Shown here: positions 55,401-64,000 of the stretch, piece by piece
Layout of the letters: each line of letters begins with the position of its first letter
How positions within the stretch are numbered: position 1 is the stretch's first letter
From: the human T2T-CHM13v2.0 reference genome, Homo sapiens
DNA length: 64,000 bases
Assembly: GCA_009914755.4 (NCBI GenBank)
Contig: CP068257.2
Span: 10,080,001 to 10,144,000 of the forward strand
Reading direction: 5' to 3'
The notes under the pieces: generated by a model
Told to the model about the DNA's origin: nothing
Databases searched by the model: none
Seen by the model: only the letters and a program-made list of their open reading frames with translations
Program-made: the position numbers and the translations under genes

Positions 55401-58400
55401 TGTTAAATATTTCTTTTCATTGAGGAGTTTTCAGGCTCTCTTTCTGTAGAATATGCAAGTGGAAATTTGAAGCGCTTTGAGGACTATGGTGGAAAACGAA
55501 ATATCTTCACATAAAAACTATATAGAAGAATTCTGAGAAACTTCCCTGTTATGTGTAGGTACATCTCACCGAGTTGAACATTTCCTTTGATTCAGCATTT
55601 TGGAAACAATCTTTTAGTAGATTCTGCAAGTGGACATTTGGAGCGCTTTGCGGCCTATGCCTGAAAAGGTAAGATCCTCACATAAAATCTAGACAGAAGC
55701 AATCTGAGAAACTCCTTTGTGATGTGTGCATTAACCTCAAAGAGTTAAAACTTTCCTTTGATTGAGGAGATTCAAAGCTCTCTTTTTGTAGAGTCTGCAA
55801 GTTTACATTTGGAGCGCTTTGAGGACCATGGTGGAAAAGGAAATATCTTAACATAAAAACTAGGCAGAAGAATTCTGAGAAACTTCTTGGTGATGTGTGC
55901 ATTCATCTCGCAGAGTAGAACCTTTCCTTTGAGCAGTTTGGAAACACTCTTTTTGTAGAGTCTGCTATTGGACATTTGGAGCGCTTTGCAGCCTATGGTA
56001 GTAAAAAAGAAAATCTTCACAAAAAATCTAGACAGAAGCAATCTGATAAACTTCTTTGAGATGTGTGCATTCAACTTACATAATTAAACCTTTTTTTTCT
56101 GATTGTGCATTTTGGAAACTCTCTTTTTGTAGAAGCAGCAAGCAGACATTTGGAGTACTTTGTGGTGTATGGTTGAAAAGGAAATATCTTCACATAAAAA
56201 CAAGACAGAAGAATTCTGAGAAACCACTTTGTGATGTTTGCATTCCTCTCATGGAGTTGAAACTTTCTTTTTATTGAGAAGTATGGAGACACTGTTTTTG
56301 TAGAATCTGTAAGTGGACATTTGGAGGGCTTTGAGGCCCATGGTGGAAAAGGAAATATGTTAAAATAAAAAATAAGCAGAAGAATTCTGAGAAACTTGTT
56401 TGTGTCGTGTCCATTCATCTCACAAAGTTCAACCTTTCCTTTGAATGAGCAGTTTGGAAACACTCTTTTTGTAGAATCTGCAATTGGACATTTGGAGCGC
56501 TTTGCAGCCTATGGTATAAAAGGAAAAATCTTCACATAAAATCTAGACAGAAGCAATCTGAGAAACTTTTTTGAGATGTGTGCATTCATCCCACAGAGTT
56601 AAACCTTTCTTTTGATTGAGCAGTTTTGAAACTCTCTTTTTGTAGAATCTGCAAGTGGCCATTTGGAGTACTTGGAGGCCTATGGTGGAAAAGGAAATAT
56701 CTTCACATAAAAAATAGGCAGAAGAATTCTGAGAAACTTCTCTGTGATGTTTGTGTTCATCCCACAAAGTTGAACCTTTATTTTCTTGAGCAGTATGGAA
56801 ACAGTCTTTTTGTCAAAGCTGCTAGTGGACTTTTGGAGAGCTTTGCAGTTTATTGAATAAAAAGAAATATCTTCACATTAAATCAAGGCAGAAGCAATCT
56901 GAGAAACTACTTTGTGATGTGTGCACTCATCTAACAGAGTTAAAATTGTCTTTTTATTGAGCAATTTTGAAACTCTCTTTTTGAAGAATCAGTAAGTGGA
57001 CGTTTGGAGTGCCTTGAGGCCTATGATGGAAAAGGAAATATCTTCACATAAAAACTAGACAGTAGATTTCTGAGAAACTTCTTTCTGATGTGTGCATTCA
57101 CCTCAAAAATTTAAACATTTCTTTTGATTGGGAGTTTTGAAACTCTCTTTTTGTAGAATCTGCAAATGGACATTTGGAGAGCTTGGACACCTATGGTGGA
57201 AAAGGAAATATCTTCAAATAAAAACTAGGTAGAAGAATCCTGAGAAACTTCTTTGTGATGTGTGCGATTGTTTTTAGGCCTATGGTGGAAAAGGAAATAT
57301 CTTCACATAAAAACTAGACAGTAGATTTCTGAGAAACTTCTTTGTGAAGCTGGCGTTCATCTCACACAGTTGAATCTTTCCTTTGACTTAGCAGTTTGTA
57401 AACACTCTTTTTGTAGGTTCTGCAAGTGTACATTTGGAGCACCTTCCGGCCTACGTTAGAAAAGGAAATATCTTCACATAAAATCTAGACAGAAGCAATC
57501 TGAGAAAATTCTTAGTGGAGTGTTCATTCACCTCAAAGAGTTAAACCTTCTTTTGATTGAGGAGTTTTGAAACTCTCCTTTCATAGAATCTGCAAGTGGA
57601 CATTTGGAGGGCTTTGAGGACCATTGTGGAAAAGGAAATATCTTCACATAAAGACTAGACAGAAGAATTCTGAAAAACTTCTTTGTGATGTGTGCATTCA
57701 TCTCACAGAGTTAAATGTTTCTTTTAATTGAGGAATTTTGAAACTCTCTTTTTGTAGAATCTGAAATTGGATATTTTGAGCGCTTTGAGGCCTATAGTGG
57801 GAAAGGAAATATCTTCACATAAAAACTAGACAGAAGAATTCTGAGAAACTTCTTTGTGATGTGTGAATTCATCTCACAGAGTTGAAACTTCCTTTTGATT
57901 GAGCAGTTTGGAAATATTCTTTTTGTAGAATCTGCAAATGGACATTTTTTGTGCTTTGCAGCCTATGTTATAAGAGAAAATATCTTCACAAAAAATCTAG
58001 ACCGAAGCAATCTGAGAAACTACTTTGTACTGTGTGCATTCGTCTCACAGAGTTAAACCTTTCTTTTGATTGAGCAGTTTGGAAACTCTCTTTTTGTAGA
58101 ATCTGCAAGTGCACATTTGGAGTGCTTTGAAGCCTATGGTGGAAAAGAAACTATACTCACATCAAAACTAGACAGAAGAATTCTGAGAAACTTCGCTTTG
58201 ATGCGTGCGTTCATCTCACCGAGTTGATCCTTTCTTTTGATTCAGCAGTTTGGAAACAGTCTTTTTGTAGAATCTGCATGTGGGCATTTGGAACGCTTTG
58301 CTGCCTATCTTAGAAAAGGAAATATCTTCACATAGAATGTAGACAGAAGCAATCTGAGAAACTTCTTTGTGATGTGTGAATTCATCTCACAGAGTTAAAC

Positions 58401-58627
58401 CTCTCATTTGTTTAATCAGTTTTTTAACTCTCTTTTTGTATAATCTGCAAGTGGACATTTGGAGTGCTTTGAGGCCTATAGTGGAAAAGGAAGCATCTTC
58501 ACCTAAAAACTAGACAGAAGAATTCTGAGAAACTTCTTTGTGATGTGTGCATTCATCTCACAGAGTTGAGCATTCTTTTGAATGAGTAGTTTGGAAACAA
58601 TCTTTTTGTGGAGTCTGCAGGTGGACT
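52414..58627 (+). repeat. Alpha satellite, sense orientation, with a clear dimeric (two-monomer, ~340 bp) alternation
   Basis: Monomer type A (...tggtagaaaagga.atatcttcacataaaatctagacagaagcaatctgagaaac...cacagagttaaacc...gcaagtggacatttgg) alternates with type B (...tggtggaaaaggaaatatcttcacataaaaactagacagaagaattctgagaaac...cacagagttgaacc) regularly across the block, e.g. 53280/53450/53630/53800/53970/54150... Confidence 0.93.
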
Positions 58628-58637
58628 GTCACAATGA

Positions 58638-61600
58638 GAGAGTTTCAAAACTGTTCAATCAAAAGAAAGTTTTAACTCTGTGAGATGAATACACACATCA
58701 CAAAGAAGTTTCTCAGTTTGCTTCTGTCTACAAATTATGTGAAGATATTTCCTTTTCTACCATAGGCCACAAAGTGCTCCAAATATCCACTTGCAGATTC
58801 TGCAAAAAGAGTGTTTTGAAAGTGCTCAATCAAAGGAAAGGTTCAACTTTGTGAGAAGAATGCATGCATCACAAACAAATTTCTCAGATAGCTTTTGTAT
58901 AGATTTTATGTGAGGGTATTTTGTTTTCTAACATAGGTCACAAAGACCTCCAAATATCCACTTGCAGATTCTACAAAAAGAGAGTTTCAAAACTGCTCTA
59001 TCAAAATAATGGTTAAAATCTGTGACTTGAATGCACACATAACAACGAAGTTTCCCAGAAAGCTTCTGTGTAGTTTTTATCTGAAGATATTTTCTTTTCC
59101 AAAATAGAGCACAAAGCCCGTCAAATTTCCACTTCCGGATTCTACAAAAAAAGTGTTTCCAAATTACTCAGTCAATAGAAAGATTCAACCCTTTTTGATG
59201 AATGCACTCATCACAAAGATGTTTCCAAGAATGATTCTGTGTAGTTTTTATTTGAAGATATTTCCTTTTCCAACGTAGGCTGCAAAGGGCTCCAAATTTC
59301 CACCTGCAGATGCTACAAAAAGAGAGATTCAAAACTGCTCAATCAAAAGATAGGTTCAACTCTGTCAGTTGAATGCACACATCACAAAGAAGTTTCTCAG
59401 AATGCCTCTGTGTAGTTTTTATGTGAAGATATTTCCTTTTCCACAATAGGCCGCAAAGCACTCCAAATATCCACTTGCAGATTCTGCAAAAAGAGAGATT
59501 CAAAACTGTTCAATCAAAAGATGGGTTCGACTCTGTGAGTTGAATGCACACCTCACAACAAAGTTTCTCAGAATGCTTCTGTGTAATTTTTATTTGAAAA
59601 TATTTGCTTTTCCACAGTAGACCTCAAAGCGATACAAATATCCACTTGCAGATTCTGCAAAAAGAGAGATTCAAAACCGCTCAATCAAAAGATAGGCACA
59701 ACTCTGTGTGTTGAATGCACACATAACAAAGGAGTTTCTCCGAATAATTCTGTGCAGTTTTTATGTTAAGATATTTCCTTTTCCAAAATAGGCCTCAAAG
59801 CCCTCCAAATATCCACTTCCAGATTCTACAAAAACAGTGTTTCAAAACTGCTCAATCAAAAGAAACTTTCAACTCTGTGTGATGAATGCACTTAACACAA
59901 AGAAGTTTTTCAGAATGCTTATGTGTAGTTTTTATTTGAAGATATTTCTTTTTCCAACACAGGGTGCAAAGAGCTCCAAATATCCACTTCCAGATTCTAC
60001 AAATGGAGAAATTGAAAACTGCTCAATCAAAAAATTCGTTCAATACTGTGAATTGAATGAACACATAACAGAGAAGTTTGTCAGAATGCTTCTGTGTAGT
60101 TTTTATGTGAGGATATTTCCGTTTCCAAAATAAGCCTCAAAGACCTCGAAATATCCACTTCCATCTTCTACAAAAGGAGAGTTTCAAAACTACTCAATCA
60201 AAAGAAAGTTTCAAGTCTGTGATGAATGCACTCATCATAAAGAAGTTTCTCTGAATACTTCTGTGTAGTTTTTATTTGAAGATATTTCCTTTTCTACAAC
60301 ATGTCTCAAAGCTCTACAAATATCCACTTGCAGATTCTGGAAAAATACTGTTTCAAAACTGCTCCCTGAAAGGAAGTGTTCAACCCTGTGAGATGAATGC
60401 ACACAACACAAAGAAGTTTCTCAGAATGCTTCTATGTAGTTTCTATTTGACGATATGTCCTTTTCCACCATTGGCTGCAAAGGGCTCCAAATATCCAGTA
60501 GCAGATCCTACAAAACAGATATTCAAAACTGCTGAATCAAAAGATACGTTCAACACTGAGAGTTGAATGCACACCTCACAAAGAAGTTTCTCAGAATGCT
60601 TCTGGTTAGTTTTTATGTGAAGATGTTTCCTTTTCCACATTTGGCCTCAAAGCTCTAAAATATCTGCCTGCAGATCCTGCAAAAAGAGTGTTTCAAAACT
60701 GCTCAATCAAAGGAAAGATTCAACTCTCTGTGATGAATGCACTCACCACAAAGAAGTTTCTTTGAAAGCTTCTGTGCATTATTTATTTGAAGATATTTCC
60801 TTTTCCACCATAGGTTGCAAAGGGCTCCAAATATCCACTTGCCGAATCTACAAAAAGAGTTTCAATCAATAGATAGGTTCAACCATGTGAGTTGAAAGCA
60901 CACATCACAAAGAAGTTTCTCAGAATTCTTCTGTGTATTTTTTATGTGTGAAGATATTTCCTTTTCCACAATAGGCCTCAAATCGCTCCAAATATCCAAT
61001 TAGAGATTCTACCAAAAGAGAGATTCAAAACTGCTCAATCAAAAGAAAGGTTCAACTCTGTGAGATGAATGCACACATCACAAGGAAGTTTCTCAGAATG
61101 CTTCCGTGTAGTCTTTAGGTGAAGATATTTGCTTTTCCACAGTAGGCCTCAAAGCCCTCCAAATACCTACTTGCAGATTCTACAAAAAGAGTTTTTCAAA
61201 ACTGCTCAATCATAAGAAAGGTTCAACCTTGGGAGTTGAATGCACACATCACAAAGACGTTTCTCATAATCCTTCTGTGTAGTTTTAATTTGAAGATATT
61301 TCCTTTTCAACCATAGGCCGCAAAGGGCTCCAAATATCCACTTGTAGATTCTACAAAAAGTGACATTCAAAACTGCTCAATGAAAAGATAAGTCCAACTC
61401 TGTGGGTTGAATCCATACCTCACAAAGAACTTTCTCAGAATGCTTCTCTGTAGTTTTTATGTGAATATATTTTCTTTTCCACAATAGGCCTCAAAGCTTT
61501 CCAAATATCCACTTGCATATTCTGCAAAAAGAGAGATTCAAAACTGCTCTATCAAAAGATAGGTTCGACTCCGTGAGTTGAATGCAAACATCACAAAGAA

Positions 61601-64000
61601 TTTTCTCAGAATGCTTCTGTGTAGTTTTTATGTGAAGATATTTCGTTTTCCACCATAGGGCGAAATGGGGCTCCAAATATCCACTTGCAGATTCTACAAA
61701 AAGAAATTCTAAGCGGCTCAATCAAAAGATAGGTTCCACACTGTTAGTTGAATGCACACTTCCCAAAGAAGTTTCTCAGAATGCTTCTGTGTAGTTTTTA
61801 TGTCAAGATATTTTCTTTTACACAATAGGCCTCAAATCTCTCTAAATATCCACTTGCAGATTCTACAAAACGAGTGTTTCAAAACTGCTCAATCATAAGA
61901 TAGGAGCAACTCTGAGAGTTGAATGCACACATCACAAAGAAGTTTCTCAGAATGCTTCTGTGTAGTTTTAATTTGAAGATATTTCATTTTCCAAAACAGG
62001 CTTCAAAGCTCTCCAAATATCCAATTGGTGATTCTGCAAAAAGAGGGTTTCAATACTGCTCAATAAAAAGAAAGGTTCAACTCTGTGAGGAATGCATTCA
62101 TCACAAAGAAGTTTCTCTGAATGCTTCTGTGTAGTTTTTATGTGAAGATATTTCCTTTTCCACAATAGGGTGCAAAGAGCTCCAAATATCCACTTGCAGA
62201 TTCTACCAAAAAAGAGATACAAAAGTTCTCAATGAAAAGATAAGTTCAACTCTGTGAGTTGAATGCATATCTCACAAAGAAGTTTCTCAAAATGCTTCTG
62301 TGTAGTTTTTATGTGAAGATTTTTGATTTTCCACAGTAGGCCTCAAAGCGCTCCAAATATCCACTCACAGATTCTGCAAAAAGAGAGATTCAAATCTGCT
62401 GAATCAAAAGATAGGTTCAACTCTGTGACTTCAATGCAAACCTCACAAAGGTGTTTCTCAGAAAGCTTCTGTGTAGTTTGTATATGAAGATATCTCCTTC
62501 TCCAAAACAGAACTCAAAGCCCTCCAAATATTTACTTCCAGATTCTACAGAAAGATTGCCTCAAAACTGCTAAATCAAAACAAAGGTTCAACTCTGTGAT
62601 GAATGCGCTCATCAGAAAGAAGGTTCTCTGAATGCTTCTGTGTAGTTTCTATTTGAAGATATTTCCTTTTCCACTATAGGGCGAAATAGGGCTCCAAATA
62701 TTCACTTGCAGATTCTACAAAAAGAGAGATTCTAAACTGCTCAATCAACAGATAGGTTCAACACTGTGAGTTGAATGCACACATCACAAATAAGTTTCGC
62801 AGAATGCTTCTGGGTAGTTTTTATTTGAAGATATTTCCCTTTCCACAATAGGCCGCAAATCGCTCTAAATATCCACTTGCAGATTCTACAAAAAGAGTGT
62901 TTCAAAACTGCTCAATCAAAAGAAAGGTTCTACTCTGTGAGATGAATACACACATGACAAAGTAGTTTCTCAGAATGCTTCTGCGTAGTTTTTATGTGAA
63001 GATATTTCCTTCTCCACTATAGGCCTCAAAAGGCTCCAAATATCCACTTGCAGATTCCAAAAAAATAGTGTTTCAAAACTGCTGTATCAAAAGAAAGATT
63101 CAACTCTGTGCGATGAATGCACAGATCACAAAGAAGTTTCTCAGAATGCTTCTGTGTAGTTTTTATGTGAAGATATTTGTTTTTCCACAGTAGGCCCCAA
63201 TGAGCTCCAAATATCCACTTGCAGATTCTTCAAAAAGAGTGTTTCAAAACTGCTCAATCAACAGAGACATTCAGTTCTGTGAGATGAATGCACACATCAC
63301 AAAGAAGTTTCTCAGAATGCTTCTGTGTAGTTTTTATGTGAAGATATTTGATTTTCCACAGTTCGCCTCAAAGTGCTCCAAATATCCACTCGCAGATTCT
63401 GCAAAAAGAGAGATTCAAAACTGCTGAATCAAAAGATAGGTTCAACACTGTGACTTCAGTGCACACCTCACAAAGATGTTTCTCAGAATGCTTCTATGTA
63501 GTTTTCATATGAAGATATCTCCATCTCCAAAATAGAACTCAAAGCCCTCCAAATATTCACTTCCAGATTCTACGGAAAGATTGTCTCAAAACTGCTCAGT
63601 CAAAACAAGGGTTCAATTCTGTGATATGAATGCACACGTCACAGAGAAGTTTCTCAAAATGCTTCTGTCTAGTTTTTTTTGAAGATATTTCCTTTTCCAC
63701 CATAGGCCACAAAGGTCTTCAAATATCCACATGCTGCTTCTACAAAAAGAGAGATTAAAAACTGCTCAATCAAAAGATAGGTTCAACTCTGTGAGTTGAG
63801 TGCACATCTCACAAAGAAGTTCCTCAGAATGCTTCTGTGTAGTTTTTATGTGAAGATATTTCCTTTTCCAAAATAGACCTCGAAGTCCTCCAAATGTCCA
63901 CTTCCAGACTCTACAAAAAGTGTGTTTCAAAACTACTCAATCAAAAGAAAAGTTCAACTCTGTGAGATGAATGCACACATCACAAAGTGGTTTCTCAGAA
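58638..64000 (-). repeat. Alpha satellite, antisense orientation. Same monomer class as block 1-~7300 (actacacag class, seen here as ctgtgtagttttta), with two alternating monomer types (gagagattcaaaac...aaaagataggttcaactctgtgagttgaatg vs gagtgtttcaaaac...aaaagaaaggttcaactctgtgagatgaatg).
   Basis: Reverse-complement alphoid monomers run from 58638 to the window end. pJalpha motif in antisense (ttccttttccacaataggcc). Confidence 0.94.

Overview
The whole 64-kb window is human (primate) centromere-proximal satellite DNA; I found no prokaryotic or novel genetic system and no credible host protein-coding gene. About 55 kb is alpha satellite (~171-bp monomers) arranged in five blocks of alternating orientation: (+) 1-24946, (-) 24949-44700, (+) 52414-58627, (-) 58638-64000, with a 7.7-kb HSat3 (GGAAT)n block at 44701-52413 between them. 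The alpha satellite carries pJalpha-type motifs (CTATGGTGGAAAAGGAA) at the position where CENP-B boxes would sit, and I found no CENP-B box anywhere, so this looks like non-kinetochore, monomeric or divergent pericentromeric alphoid rather than an active HOR. Four 5'-truncated L1 insertions interrupt the alpha satellite, each with an ORF2-derived ORF and a degenerate poly-A tail; three have target-site duplications, and the one at 27158-28736 has the 5'-inverted/3'-sense structure of twin priming. The HSat3 block contains ten copies of a ~65-bp CpG-decayed Alu 3'-tail fragment at irregular 0.3-1.5-kb spacing, so an Alu remnant was captured into the HSat3 repeat unit and amplified with it. Every ORF in the supplied track is either an L1 ORF2 remnant or a periodic artefact of translating satellite monomers: (MEWNG)n / (HSIPF)n in HSat3 and MNAHITKKFLRMLL...-type peptides in alpha satellite. 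The most interesting structure here is the two alpha-satellite strand-switch junctions, the mirror-like arrangement of monomer classes around the HSat3 block, and the Alu-containing HSat3 higher-order unit.
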